Source: an uncultured Pelagibacteraceae bacterium (GTDB lineage Bacteria > Pseudomonadota > Alphaproteobacteria > Pelagibacterales > Pelagibacteraceae). Taken from it: a DNA stretch of 64,000 nucleotides. The position numbers were made by a program, and so were the translations under genes. The notes under the pieces are model-generated. The model had not been told where the DNA came from. It made no database searches and saw only the letters and a list, made by a program, of their open reading frames with translations. The stretch spans positions 5,337-69,336 of the forward strand of contig CACKZV010000004.1 in assembly GCA_902604795.1 (NCBI GenBank), written 5' to 3'. This document shows, one piece after another, positions 19,015 through 29,660 of this stretch. Numbering within the stretch: the first letter of the stretch is position 1; every line of letters starts with the position of its first letter.

Positions 19015-19509
19015 ATGAAAGAAAAATATTTAAAATTTTGTAATTTATCGTCAAAGGCTTGTGGTGCCTTTGCTGTTCTAGCATTAATCTTATCAATTTT
19101 GGTAATTGTTGAGCTTGTATTTGAAAGATATTTTTTTCAAAGAGCAATCACTTGGCAAACAGAGTTAGTCACAATGCTTTTAGTTGCTTCAACATTCATT
19201 GGAAGCGCCTATGTTTTAAGTGAAAAAGCACATGTCAGTATGGAATGGATTTATGATTTTTTATCAAAAAAAAATATTCTTAGACTTAAAATATTTACAT
19301 CATTAATAAGTTTATTATTTTTCTTAATTTTATTCTATTTTGGATTTTTAATGGTGGAGGAAGCTTTTACTAAAAATTACTCGACAGGAACGGTTTGGGA
19401 TCCACCTTTATGGATACCTTATTCTTCTATGATGATTGGAGCAGCTTTAATGATACTTCAATACATTGCTGAAATTATTAAACTTTTTGACGAAGAGGGC
19501 ACTAGTTAA
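19015..19509 (+). CDS. dctQ: TRAP transporter small permease
   Basis: 4 TM; WQTEL and HVSME motifs. Confidence 0.9.
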   Translation: MKEKYLKFCNLSSKACGAFAVLALILSILVIVELVFERYFFQRAITWQTELVTMLLVASTFIGSAYVLSEKAHVSMEWIYDFLSKKNILRLKIFTSLISLLFFLILFYFGFLMVEEAFTKNYSTGTVWDPPLWIPYSSMMIGAALMILQYIAEIIKLFDEEGTS

Positions 19510-20840
19510 TGGATCCTTTATTAATAGCAGTAATAGTTGCAGTTTTTACACTAATAGTTTTATTTTCAGGAATACCAATCGCGTTTGGTTTAAGTTTTGT
19601 CTCTATAGCACTTTTAGTAGCATTTGAAGGATTTCAAATGTTAGACGTTTTTGCTGAAACTTTTTATGCAGGACTAAACTCTTTTGTTCTACTCTCAATA
19701 CCAATGTTTATTTTGATGGGAATGGCAGTTGCTAATTCTCCAGCAGGAAAAGATTTATATACCGGATTAGATAGATGGCTTTGGAGAGTTCCAGGTGGAC
19801 TAGTAATATCTAATATTGGGGCTTGTTCAGTTTTCGCTGCTCTCAGTGGATCAAGTCCAGCTACTTGTGCGGCAATCGGAACCATGGGTATACCTGAAAT
19901 GAGAAAAAGAGGATATTCCGATCAAATAGCAACTGGAACAATTGCAGCTGGTGGGACTCTTGGAGTTTTAATTCCTCCTAGTATTGTTTTGATTGTTTAT
20001 GGAATTGCAACGGGAACATCGATAGGAAGATTATTTTTATGCGGATTGGTGCCCGGCTTTATGCTAGCAGGAATGTTTGCAATTTGGGCTCTTATACATA
20101 GTTACTTTATTGATAAAGACTCAGCAAAAGCTTTAAAAAATAGAACACCCCCTACATTTAAAGAAAAAATTGAGGTGTTGCCAAGAATTCTTCCTTTCTT
20201 AGCAATTATAGCTGGTGTCTTATATGTTTTGTATGGTGGTGTTGCGACACCATCTGAGGCTTCGGGAGTTGGAGCATTTTTAGTTTTTGTATTGATCGCT
20301 GTAGTTTACAAAATTTATCAACCAAAAAAGATTTGGAATATTGTTAAAGTTTCAATGAAAGAGAGTGTGATGATAATGTTTATCATTGCTGCCTCTTACC
20401 TTTTCGCTTTTACATTATCTCAACTTTATGTAACGCAATCATTAGCACAGAGCATGGTTGAATTAAGCTCTAACAAATGGGTAGTATTTATATTAATAAA
20501 TATTTTTTTATTAATTGCAGGTTTCTTTTTACCACCAGTAGCCGTCATTGTTATGACATCTGCAATATTGTTACCTGTTATAACAACCTTAGGATTTGAT
20601 CCATATTGGTTTGCAATCGTATTTACAATAAACATGGAAATTGGTCTTATAACCCCACCTGTTGGATTGAATCTTTATATAATAAAAGGCATTACTCCAG
20701 ATGTAAGTTTGTCAGAAATATTAAAAGGATCTATTCCATTTATGATAATTATGGCTTTAGCTATATTAATATTGTGTATTTTCCCTGAAATTGTTACCTG
20801 GTTGCCTGATAAAATAATGGGCAAAAGTTTAGGTTTTTAA
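19509..20840 (+). CDS. dctM: TRAP transporter large permease
   Basis: LSIPMFILMG, SGSSPA, GTLGVLIPPS and GLITPPVGLNL motifs. Confidence 0.95.
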   Translation: MDPLLIAVIVAVFTLIVLFSGIPIAFGLSFVSIALLVAFEGFQMLDVFAETFYAGLNSFVLLSIPMFILMGMAVANSPAGKDLYTGLDRWLWRVPGGLVISNIGACSVFAALSGSSPATCAAIGTMGIPEMRKRGYSDQIATGTIAAGGTLGVLIPPSIVLIVYGIATGTSIGRLFLCGLVPGFMLAGMFAIWALIHSYFIDKDSAKALKNRTPPTFKEKIEVLPRILPFLAIIAGVLYVLYGGVATPSEASGVGAFLVFVLIAVVYKIYQPKKIWNIVKVSMKESVMIMFIIAASYLFAFTLSQLYVTQSLAQSMVELSSNKWVVFILINIFLLIAGFFLPPVAVIVMTSAILLPVITTLGFDPYWFAIVFTINMEIGLITPPVGLNLYIIKGITPDVSLSEILKGSIPFMIIMALAILILCIFPEIVTWLPDKIMGKSLGF

Positions 20841-20855
20841 TATATAAAAAACACC

Positions 20856-22163
20856 ATGTTAAATATAAAAAGAATTTTTGAGACCATAGCCGATGCTGGA
20901 CAAAAGATTTTAGAAAAAAAATCTATCAAAAGCATTACGAAAAAAAGAGATCTTCTTGATCTTTGTGATGATTTATTGTCAACTAAAGGTGCGGCCTTTG
21001 GAATAACACTAGCAAGAGATATCTTGTTCAGATATCAAAACTTATCTTTAGAGGATAAAAACAAATTTTTACTTCAGGTAAATGATAAGTATAAACCTGA
21101 CTCATTAAAAATAGATGAAGCCATTAAAAATTACAGCAAATCAAAGGATACCTCATCTATTTTAAATCTATCTAGAGTTGCATCCGGGATAAGAAAAGAG
21201 CTATTTGTAAGACTAAATATGGCTCCAAACGGCACTTCAGAGATAGTCTCCTTAAGAGAAGATTTGTTAAAATTAATAAAAGACCACCCTGAACTTAAAA
21301 GTTTAGATTATGATTTAATAGATATATTTAAAAATTGGTTTAACCCAGGCTTTTTGAAATTAAAAAAAATAACTTGGGATACAAAAGCAAATATTTTAGA
21401 AAAATTATTAAAGTACGAAAAAGTACATTCTATGAAAGATATGAATGAACTTAAAAGAAGACTTGGAAAAGATAGAAGATTTTTTGCTTATTTTCATCCA
21501 GCTTTAGATGATGAACCAATAATCTTTGTAGAAATAGCTTTAACAAAAGGCCTTAGTCAGTCAATACAAGAATTAACAAGACCCTCAGAAGAAAAAACAA
21601 AAAATTATGACACCGCAACTTTTTATTCAATTAGTAATTGTCAGGAAGGTTTATCAAGAGTAACCTTAGGGAATTTTTTAATAAAAAGAGTTGTTTATGA
21701 ACTTCAAGAAGAACTTCCAGATGTAAAATATTTTGGAACTTTGTCACCAATGGTTGGATTTGCTGATTGGTTTAAAAAAATGGAAAGTACTCAGTCCGCT
21801 GAAATACTAGGAGAGGCAAACAAAAATAGTCTAGATTTCTTAAAGTCTTCTGATTTAAAAATAGGAGACAAAAGAATTGCTGATAATAAGGCTTTGATTA
21901 GTAAGTTGGCAGTAAATTATTTAGTAAAACAGAAAAATGATTTTGGTTTTCCAATAAATGATGTTTGCAGATTTCATTTGAAAAATGGAGCTGATATTGA
22001 TGATATTGCAGTAAACGCAAATGTTTCTGAAGTTGGTTTCAAAAGGTCCTTTGGTGTTATGGTTAACTATAGATACGAATTAGCTAAAATTGAGAAAAAT
22101 CACCAAGAATATGTAAACGAAAAGAAAGTAAACATTTCGAATAAAGTTAAAAAACATGTCTAA
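20856..22163 (+). CDS. Malonyl-CoA decarboxylase
   Basis: WFNPGFL, YEKVH, RRFFAYFHP, FYSISNCQEGL, GNFLIKRVV, TLSP, FHLKNGA and SFGVMVNYRY motifs. Confidence 0.95.
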   Translation: MLNIKRIFETIADAGQKILEKKSIKSITKKRDLLDLCDDLLSTKGAAFGITLARDILFRYQNLSLEDKNKFLLQVNDKYKPDSLKIDEAIKNYSKSKDTSSILNLSRVASGIRKELFVRLNMAPNGTSEIVSLREDLLKLIKDHPELKSLDYDLIDIFKNWFNPGFLKLKKITWDTKANILEKLLKYEKVHSMKDMNELKRRLGKDRRFFAYFHPALDDEPIIFVEIALTKGLSQSIQELTRPSEEKTKNYDTATFYSISNCQEGLSRVTLGNFLIKRVVYELQEELPDVKYFGTLSPMVGFADWFKKMESTQSAEILGEANKNSLDFLKSSDLKIGDKRIADNKALISKLAVNYLVKQKNDFGFPINDVCRFHLKNGADIDDIAVNANVSEVGFKRSFGVMVNYRYELAKIEKNHQEYVNEKKVNISNKVKKHV

Positions 22164-23157
22164 GATTAATAGATTGGTATCAGTTGCACCTATGATGGAT
22201 TGTACTGACAGGCATGAAAGATATTTTTTAAGATTGATAAGCAAAAACGTCTTTCTATACACTGAAATGGTTGTGTCCGAGGCTATTGATAGGGGAGATA
22301 AAGAAAAATTATTATCCTTTGATCTCAGAGAAAAACCAGTTGCTTTACAATTAGGCGGTTCCACTCCAAAATTATTAGCTAATTCAGCAAAAATTGGTGA
22401 GGAGTTTGGTTATGATGAAATTAATTTAAACCTAGGATGTCCAAGTAAAAAAGTTCAAAAAAATAGATTTGGCGCATGTTTAATCAAGGAGCCAAACTTA
22501 GTGGCCGATTGTTTGTCAGAAATGATTAATTCAACGTCTTTACCAGTTACAGTTAAGACTAGAATTGGTTATGATGATGTAGAAGATTACGAACATTTTT
22601 ATAATTTCATAAAAACTTTAAAGGAAACAGGAGTTAAAACATTTATAATACATGCGAGAAAAGCTATGCTAGGTAAATTTACACCTAAGCAAAACCTTAA
22701 TATACCTCCTTTAAAATATGATTATGTGTATAAACTAAAGCAAGATTTCAAAGACCTTGAAATAATTATTAATGGTGGTGTCACTTCAGTGGAACAAGTG
22801 AAAGATCATTTAGATAAAGTGGATGGCGCAATGATTGGAAGATCAGTTTATCATTCCCCTTACCTTTTAGCTGATATTGAAAAAGAGATATTTAACAATC
22901 ATGACATTAAAGAACGGGAAGAAATTGTAGAGGAGTTAATTGATTATGTTAAGGTGCAAGTACAAATGGGTACAAGAGTAAATCAAGTTATGAGACATAC
23001 ACTAGGTTTATTCCATGGACAAACAGGTTCAAGCCACTGGAAAAGATATTTAAGTGAAAATATGTGTGTAAGAGATGCGGATGTAAAAAAAATTGATCAT
23101 ATTATGGATAAAGTTAGACTTTCTCCTAAATTACATTCGGCAGGTCGAATTGATTAA
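22156..23157 (+). CDS. dusA: tRNA dihydrouridine(20/20a) synthase
   Basis: VAPMMDCTDRH, LQLGGS, NLNLGCPS and HARKA motifs. Confidence 0.93.
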   Translation: MSKINRLVSVAPMMDCTDRHERYFLRLISKNVFLYTEMVVSEAIDRGDKEKLLSFDLREKPVALQLGGSTPKLLANSAKIGEEFGYDEINLNLGCPSKKVQKNRFGACLIKEPNLVADCLSEMINSTSLPVTVKTRIGYDDVEDYEHFYNFIKTLKETGVKTFIIHARKAMLGKFTPKQNLNIPPLKYDYVYKLKQDFKDLEIIINGGVTSVEQVKDHLDKVDGAMIGRSVYHSPYLLADIEKEIFNNHDIKEREEIVEELIDYVKVQVQMGTRVNQVMRHTLGLFHGQTGSSHWKRYLSENMCVRDADVKKIDHIMDKVRLSPKLHSAGRID

Positions 23158-23980
23158 TACTATTCTTTCCAATCAGTATTATCTTTTAATTTTATTAATG
23201 ATTGTTACTGCATTTCCAGTAGGATTTTTTGCAGGTTATTTTGGCATAGGTGGTGGCCTAATTTCTGTACCTGTACTTTTTTTTATTTTTGAAACGGCTG
23301 ATGTAGATAAATCTTATTTAATGCATCTTTCTGTAGGAACCGCTTTTTCTATTACAATTTTTACTGCTTTTGTTTCAGTAATGACTCATAGAAAACATAA
23401 AGCTGTAGATACAAATATTTTAAAAACTTATGGTCTATTTGTTATCTTTGGAGTTTTGCTTGGTACATATATGGCAGCATTGTTAAATACAAAATCTTTA
23501 GTTTTATTTTTTGCTGTGGTTGTATATTTTTTTGGTGGATATTTATTATTAGTAAAACAGGAATTAAAAAAAAATAAAAAGTTTAAGTTTCTACCAAAAG
23601 CAACTTTTGGTTTCATCTCTGGTTTTATATCTGCACCTATGGGTATTACCGGAGCTATGATGAATGTTCCAATCCTAAGATATTTTGGATATCCTATAAG
23701 TAGAGCAATTGGAAGTTCAGCTGCAATTGGATTTGTAATAGCATTTATTGGTTCAATTGGTTTTTTGACATCTGGTTTTTTGCTAAATGCAAATCTTCCT
23801 CTAAGTATTGGTTTTGTAAATATTCCTGCCTTTTTGATATTTATTCCAATTACATCTTTTATGGCAAGAATTGGAGCTAATATGGTTCACACCACAGATA
23901 AAAATAAAACTCAAAGAATGTTTGGGGTATTTTTATATGTAATAGGGACTTTATTTTTAATTAGGTTTTTAGATCTTTAA
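23150..23980 (+). CDS. TauE/SafE family sulfite exporter
   Basis: GFFAGYFGIGGG motif. Start inferred at TTG 23150, overlapping the dusA stop. Confidence 0.85.
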   Translation: MINTILSNQYYLLILLMIVTAFPVGFFAGYFGIGGGLISVPVLFFIFETADVDKSYLMHLSVGTAFSITIFTAFVSVMTHRKHKAVDTNILKTYGLFVIFGVLLGTYMAALLNTKSLVLFFAVVVYFFGGYLLLVKQELKKNKKFKFLPKATFGFISGFISAPMGITGAMMNVPILRYFGYPISRAIGSSAAIGFVIAFIGSIGFLTSGFLLNANLPLSIGFVNIPAFLIFIPITSFMARIGANMVHTTDKNKTQRMFGVFLYVIGTLFLIRFLDL

Positions 23981-25435
23981 TTAAATTTTTTGATCGTATT
24001 CACCTATTTTACCAGTTTTTTGCAGCAAATCGTCGATAAATTCGAAGATTTTTTTCTTTCTCTCATCAGATGTTGGACTTTCAGTAACAACTACCAGAGA
24101 AGGCTTATTAGATGAGGCTCTTATCAAACCCCAAGAGCCGTCTTTAAAAGAAAATCTTATACCATTTACTGTGAGTATGTCCTCAATTTCTTGATTATCA
24201 ATTTTAACATTATTTGATTTTAAATCCTCAATTTGTTTAATTATTTCTTCAACAACTTGATATTTTTCATTATCTTCACAAAAAGGAGCCATGGTAGGTG
24301 ATTGATAGGTATTAGGTAATTCACTTATGATTTCACTCATTTTTTTATGATTATTATTTAGCAAATGGCAAACTTGAATAGCTGAATTTATACCATCATC
24401 GTATCCGTAACCTAAAGGTTTGTTGAAAAAGAAATGACCACTTTTTTCAAAGCCCGCAAGTGCTTTTTCATTATTTACTTTTCTTTTGATATGGGAATGT
24501 CCTGTTTTCCAATATAGTGTTTCACACGAGTTATTTTTTAAAACATCATCTGTTGAATATAGTCCAGTTGATTTAACGTCTACAACAAATTTAGATCCTT
24601 TGTGTTTTGAAGATAAATTTCTTGCAATCAATAATCCAATTTTATCTGAAAAAATTTCATTACCATTATCATCTATTACGCCTACACGATCACCATCTCC
24701 ATCAAATCCAAAACCAATATCAGCACCATTTTCTTTTACAGATTTACTTATTGCATGTAACATTTCAAGATCTTCAGGATTAGGATTATACTTAGGAAAG
24801 GTATAGTCCAAATTGCAATCTAGTTCTATTACTTCACAGCCTATTCCTCTTAATATGTCTGGTGCGAAAATTCCTGCAGTTCCATTGCCACAGGCTACTA
24901 CGGCTTTAATTTTTTTCTTAATTTTATTTTTATTTATAAGATCATTTTTATAAATACTTTGAAAATTATTTATTTCTTTTTCATTTCCTGCTCCTTTAAT
25001 AAACTTGTTATTTAAAGTTATATCTTTTAATTCTTTCATTTCCTCTGGTGCATGAGTTAATCCTTTCTTGATTCCCATCTTGACACCTGTCCAACCATTT
25101 TCATTATGACTTGCTGTTATCATTGCAACAGCATCACTCTCTAAATTGAATTGTGCAAAATAAACCATTGGTGATAACGCTAATCCTACATCTTCAACGT
25201 AACAACCTGTAGAGATAAGTCCTTTTTTCAAGGCTGATTTTATTTCTTCACTATAAGATCTGTAATCATGTCCGACGATGATTCTTGGATTACTTTTATT
25301 TGTATGATTAATAACCTGAGTTCCTAAACCTTTCCCCAAATTTGTCACACCTTCTAAATTGATATTATCAGGGTACAACCATCGAGCGTCGTACTCTCTA
25401 AAGCCAAAAGGATCAATTTTTATTGAATTATTCAT
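23981..25435 (-). CDS. Phosphomannomutase/phosphoglucomutase
   Basis: FREYDAR, ITASHN, FDGDGDR and EKSGH motifs. Confidence 0.95.
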   Translation of the reverse strand: MNNSIKIDPFGFREYDARWLYPDNINLEGVTNLGKGLGTQVINHTNKSNPRIIVGHDYRSYSEEIKSALKKGLISTGCYVEDVGLALSPMVYFAQFNLESDAVAMITASHNENGWTGVKMGIKKGLTHAPEEMKELKDITLNNKFIKGAGNEKEINNFQSIYKNDLINKNKIKKKIKAVVACGNGTAGIFAPDILRGIGCEVIELDCNLDYTFPKYNPNPEDLEMLHAISKSVKENGADIGFGFDGDGDRVGVIDDNGNEIFSDKIGLLIARNLSSKHKGSKFVVDVKSTGLYSTDDVLKNNSCETLYWKTGHSHIKRKVNNEKALAGFEKSGHFFFNKPLGYGYDDGINSAIQVCHLLNNNHKKMSEIISELPNTYQSPTMAPFCEDNEKYQVVEEIIKQIEDLKSNNVKIDNQEIEDILTVNGIRFSFKDGSWGLIRASSNKPSLVVVTESPTSDERKKKIFEFIDDLLQKTGKIGEYDQKI

Positions 25436-25510
25436 GTTAATATTTTTATATTTTGTTTATTTTTTTATTGATAATTTTTTTCTTAAGTTCTATAAATGTT
25501 CTATTGATTT

Positions 25511-25557
25511 GTTGGTCATATAGTATATTTACCAAACCATCATACAACATCTAGTTG
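25511..25557 (+). promoter_or_regulatory. NrdR box (25542-25557) with a degenerate partner box 31 bp upstream
   Basis: ATACAACATCTAGTTG fits the consensus acaCwAtATaTwGtgt upstream of nrdA. GTTGGTCATATAGTAT at 25511 matches only the 3' half. Confidence 0.6.
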
Positions 25558-25594
25558 TTTTACTTAATTAAGTATAGTACAAAAAAGGAGCTAA

Positions 25595-27532
25595 ATGAAC
25601 AAGATTTTATCACAAGCTATTAGGAAAGCTGTCTCTGATTATACACCAAATGTGAATCAAGATCCTAAAGATAAAAGATTAGATTTATTTTCTCTCAATA
25701 GCGAAACAGAACTATTTCAAAATTCAAAAGGCATAACAATTAAAATTGATAGAAGCAGAGATGACAATTTAACTGACTTTGGAAAAGCTACTCTTAAAGA
25801 TAGATATTTGGGTGCTAACGAATCTTTTCAAGATTTGTTTGCTAGAGTTGCAAGCCATTATGCTGATGACAACTTGCACGCTCAAAGATTATATAATTAC
25901 ATTAGTAATCTTTGGTTCATGCCAGCAACACCAGTTTTATCAAATGGAGGAACTACAAGAGGATTGCCAATATCTTGTTTTTTAAATGAAGCTAGCGATA
26001 GCCTAAATGGTATTCTTGATCTATGGAGTGAGAACGTTTGGCTTGCAGCACGTGGTGGTGGTATTGGAAGTTACTGGGGAAATCTTAGATCAATAGGAGA
26101 AAAAATTGGAAGAGTAGGTAAAACTTCAGGTATAATTCCTTTCATCAAAGTGATGGACTCTTTGACAATGGCAATTAGCCAAGGTTCATTAAGAAGAGGC
26201 TCAGCTGCTTGTTATATACCAATAGACCATCCAGAAATTGAAGAGTTTATTGAGATGAGAAGACCTACAGGAGGTGATCCGAATAGAAAATCATTAAATT
26301 TACATCACGGTGTTTTAGTTTCAGATGCCTTTATGAGAGCTGTCGAATTGGATGAACAATGGGGACTAAAAAGTCCAAAAGATGGAGCTGTTCAAGCAAC
26401 TGTATCTGCAAGAAATTTATGGATAAGATTACTTACAGCAAGAATTGAAACAGGAGAGCCGTATATTATATTCATCGATACTGTTAACAGACAAATTCCT
26501 CAACATCATAAACTTGCTGGTCTTACTGTCAAAACTTCAAACCTTTGTAGTGAAATTACTCTACCCACAGGAATTGACAAAGACGGCAAAGATAGAACTG
26601 CAGTATGCTGCTTATCATCCTTAAACGTCGAAAAATACGATGATTGGAAAGATGATGAAAATTTCATAGGCGATGTGATGAGATTTTTAGATAATGTGAT
26701 GACAGATTTCATTGAAAATGCACCAGAGCAATTTAGTGATGCTACTTACTCAGCAATGAGAGAACGAAGCGTAGGACTGGGTGTGATGGGACTTCATTCT
26801 TATTATCAAAAGAAAATGATTCCAATTGAGTCTGTAATGAGCAAGGCTTGGAATAAAAAGATTTTTGAGCATATTCATAAAAATGTTGATAAGGCATCAA
26901 AAGATTTAGCTGAGGAAAGAGGACCATGTCCAGATGCTTCTGATTATGGTGTAATGGAGAGATTTTCTAACAAAACTGCAATAGCCCCTACAGCTTCTAT
27001 CTCAATAATATGTGGTGGAACATCTCCAGGTGTCGAGCCAATTGCTGCTAATAGCTTTACACATAAAACTCTTTCAGGATCTTTTAACGTACGAAATAAA
27101 TATTTAAGACAACTATTAGAAAAACACGGAAAAGATACAGATGAAGTTTGGTCAAGTATTACGACTAACCAAGGATCAGTATCACATTTAGATTTTTTAA
27201 CTCAAGATGAAAAAGATGTTTTTAAAACAGCTTTTGAGTTAGATCAAAGATGGCTTGTTGATTTGAGTGCAGACAGAACACCTCATATTTCTCAAGCTCA
27301 ATCTATTAACTTATTTTTACCTGCAGATGTACATAAAAGAGATTTGCATCAAATTCACTTCCAAGCTTGGAAGAAAGGATTGAAGAGTCTTTATTACTGT
27401 AGGTCTAAATCAATACAACGTGCTGAAAATGTTAATGATGCAAATTCAACTGACATTGCAGCAAACGTTTATAAATCCAAAGAAGAAAATAATAACCAAC
27501 AAGATTATGAGGAGTGTTTATCATGTCAGTAG
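25595..27532 (+). CDS. nrdA: Ribonucleotide reductase class I alpha subunit
   Basis: PATPVLSN, ISCFL, SNLCSEI, VCCLSS, IAPTAS, KSLYY motifs; C-terminal CLSCQ. Confidence 0.97.
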   Translation: MNKILSQAIRKAVSDYTPNVNQDPKDKRLDLFSLNSETELFQNSKGITIKIDRSRDDNLTDFGKATLKDRYLGANESFQDLFARVASHYADDNLHAQRLYNYISNLWFMPATPVLSNGGTTRGLPISCFLNEASDSLNGILDLWSENVWLAARGGGIGSYWGNLRSIGEKIGRVGKTSGIIPFIKVMDSLTMAISQGSLRRGSAACYIPIDHPEIEEFIEMRRPTGGDPNRKSLNLHHGVLVSDAFMRAVELDEQWGLKSPKDGAVQATVSARNLWIRLLTARIETGEPYIIFIDTVNRQIPQHHKLAGLTVKTSNLCSEITLPTGIDKDGKDRTAVCCLSSLNVEKYDDWKDDENFIGDVMRFLDNVMTDFIENAPEQFSDATYSAMRERSVGLGVMGLHSYYQKKMIPIESVMSKAWNKKIFEHIHKNVDKASKDLAEERGPCPDASDYGVMERFSNKTAIAPTASISIICGGTSPGVEPIAANSFTHKTLSGSFNVRNKYLRQLLEKHGKDTDEVWSSITTNQGSVSHLDFLTQDEKDVFKTAFELDQRWLVDLSADRTPHISQAQSINLFLPADVHKRDLHQIHFQAWKKGLKSLYYCRSKSIQRAENVNDANSTDIAANVYKSKEENNNQQDYEECLSCQ

Positions 27533-28533
27533 CAGAAAAAATTAATAAAGAAATAATTCAACCAAAAAAAAATAATGGATTACTTGTAGGTAATCCTGTC
27601 TATAAACCTTTCAGATACCCATGGTGTTATGATGCTTGGTTAACTCAACAAAGAATTCACTGGTTGCCAGAGGAAGTGCCTCTTGGTGATGATGTCAGAG
27701 ATTGGCAAAAAAATTTATCTCATTCTGAAAAAAATTTACTTACACAAATTTTTAGATTTTTTACACAAGCTGATGTTGAAGTAAGCAACTGTTATATAAG
27801 ACATTACATGAATGTGTTTAAACCAACTGAAGTGTTAATGATGATGTCATCTTTTGCTTCAATGGAAACTGTTCATATTGCAGCCTATTCACATTTGTTA
27901 GATACGATAGGGATGCCTGAGTCTGAATATTCAGCTTTCATGAAATATAAAGAAATGAAAGATAAGTATGATTACATGCAAGGCTTCGATATGAAATCTA
28001 ATCATGATATAGCTAAAACAATTGCTGTATTCAGCGCATTCACAGAGGGCTTGCAGCTTTTTGCAAGCTTCGCAATTTTACTTAATTTTCCAAGACACAA
28101 TAAGATGAAGGGAATGGGACAGATAGTAACTTGGTCTGTAAGAGATGAAACTTTACATTGTAATTCTATGATCAGGCTATTCAAAGATTTCATTAAAGAA
28201 AATCCAGAAATTTGGACGCCTCAACTAAAAAAAGAAATTTATGAAGCATGCAGAACTATTATTGAGCACGAAGATGCTTTTATAGATTTAGCTTTTGAAA
28301 TGGGTCCGATGGAGGGCTTAACAGCTAAAGAAGTAAAAGATTATATAAGATTCATAGGAAATAGAAGATTGGCTCAGTTAGGTTTAGAGCCAATTTATGA
28401 TGTTCAAAAAAATCCATTAACATGGCTTGATACAATGTTAAATGCAGTTGAACATATGAACTTTTTCGAAGGTAGAGCAACAGAATACTCAAAAGCATCT
28501 ACAAGAGGATCTTGGACAGAAGCTTTTTCTTAA
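27523..28533 (+). CDS. nrdB: Ribonucleotide reductase class Ia beta subunit
   Basis: WLPEEV, FFTQAD, ETVHIAAY (radical Tyr), RDETLH and NFFE motifs; GAGGAG SD before ATG 27523. Confidence 0.96.
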   Translation: MSVAEKINKEIIQPKKNNGLLVGNPVYKPFRYPWCYDAWLTQQRIHWLPEEVPLGDDVRDWQKNLSHSEKNLLTQIFRFFTQADVEVSNCYIRHYMNVFKPTEVLMMMSSFASMETVHIAAYSHLLDTIGMPESEYSAFMKYKEMKDKYDYMQGFDMKSNHDIAKTIAVFSAFTEGLQLFASFAILLNFPRHNKMKGMGQIVTWSVRDETLHCNSMIRLFKDFIKENPEIWTPQLKKEIYEACRTIIEHEDAFIDLAFEMGPMEGLTAKEVKDYIRFIGNRRLAQLGLEPIYDVQKNPLTWLDTMLNAVEHMNFFEGRATEYSKASTRGSWTEAFS

Positions 28534-28535
28534 GA

Positions 28536-29660
28536 TTATCTTTGATTTAATTGAAGAACTTTACGGTGCTTATTACCTTTGTAGCTTGCTAAAGGTCTAA
28601 TAAGTTTATTAGCAGCATGCTGCTCAATAATATGAGCTGACCAACCTGTAATTCGTGAAATCACAAATATTGGTGTGAAGAAATCGGTATCAAACCCCAT
28701 TAAATGGTAAGTAGGTCCAGTAGGGTAGTCTACGTTTGGATGGATATTTTTTCGATCTATCATAACCTTCTCAACAATATCATAAATTTTTTCAAACTTT
28801 TTATCTTTTTTGATTTTAGCAACTTTTCCAAAATATTCCCTCATTGTAGGAACTCTTGAGTCTCCACTTTTATAAACTCTATGGCCGAAGCCCATAACAA
28901 CATCTTTGTTATCTAGAGCTTTATTAATCCATTTAAGTGCTTTCTCAGGTTTTTTAATTTTATTCATCATATGCATGACTTCTTCATTAGCCCCTCCATG
29001 AAGAGGTCCTTTCAAGCTTGCAATTGCACCAGTGATTGCGCCATGAATATCTGATAGACTACTTGTTATTGTTCTAGCTGTAAAAGTTGAAACATTAAAA
29101 CTATGTTCAGCATATAATATTAAAGATACATCAAAAGCCTTAACTATATCTTTGTTTGGCACTCTACCAAAGCACATATGGAAAAAGTTTTCAGAGAATG
29201 AAAGGTTCTTTTTTGGTGGAATAATTTTTTTCCCTTTTCTAGCTCTGTAAAAAGCAGCGAGTGCAACAGGCATTTTAGCAAAAATTCTCATTACTTTTCT
29301 CATGTTTGCTTTAGGGGAATTATCTTTTGTTTCTTTATCCTCTAGTCCCATAATACTTACTGCTGTTCTTGCTACATCCATTGGATGTGCTTTCTTTGGA
29401 AATTTTTTTATATCATCTAACAATGTTTTAGATAATTTTCTTTCTTTTTTCTCTTCTTTTTCAAATTTTTTTAATTGTTTTTTACTTGGAAGTTCACCAT
29501 TTAAAATGAGATAAGCTACTTCCTCAAATTTACATTTTGCACATAGATCCTGAGCAGCATATCCTCTATAAGTTAAAGAATTAATCTCTGGCATTACTTT
29601 GGAAACTTCTGTTTCGTCAACAACTATACCAAGCAATCCTTTTTTTATTTCTTCACTCAT
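28536..29660 (-). CDS. prpC: 2-methylcitrate synthase
   Basis: YAEHSFNVSTF, GPLHGGANE and MGFGHRVY motifs; in an operon with prpB and prpD. Confidence 0.92.
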   Translation of the reverse strand: MSEEIKKGLLGIVVDETEVSKVMPEINSLTYRGYAAQDLCAKCKFEEVAYLILNGELPSKKQLKKFEKEEKKERKLSKTLLDDIKKFPKKAHPMDVARTAVSIMGLEDKETKDNSPKANMRKVMRIFAKMPVALAAFYRARKGKKIIPPKKNLSFSENFFHMCFGRVPNKDIVKAFDVSLILYAEHSFNVSTFTARTITSSLSDIHGAITGAIASLKGPLHGGANEEVMHMMNKIKKPEKALKWINKALDNKDVVMGFGHRVYKSGDSRVPTMREYFGKVAKIKKDKKFEKIYDIVEKVMIDRKNIHPNVDYPTGPTYHLMGFDTDFFTPIFVISRITGWSAHIIEQHAANKLIRPLASYKGNKHRKVLQLNQR

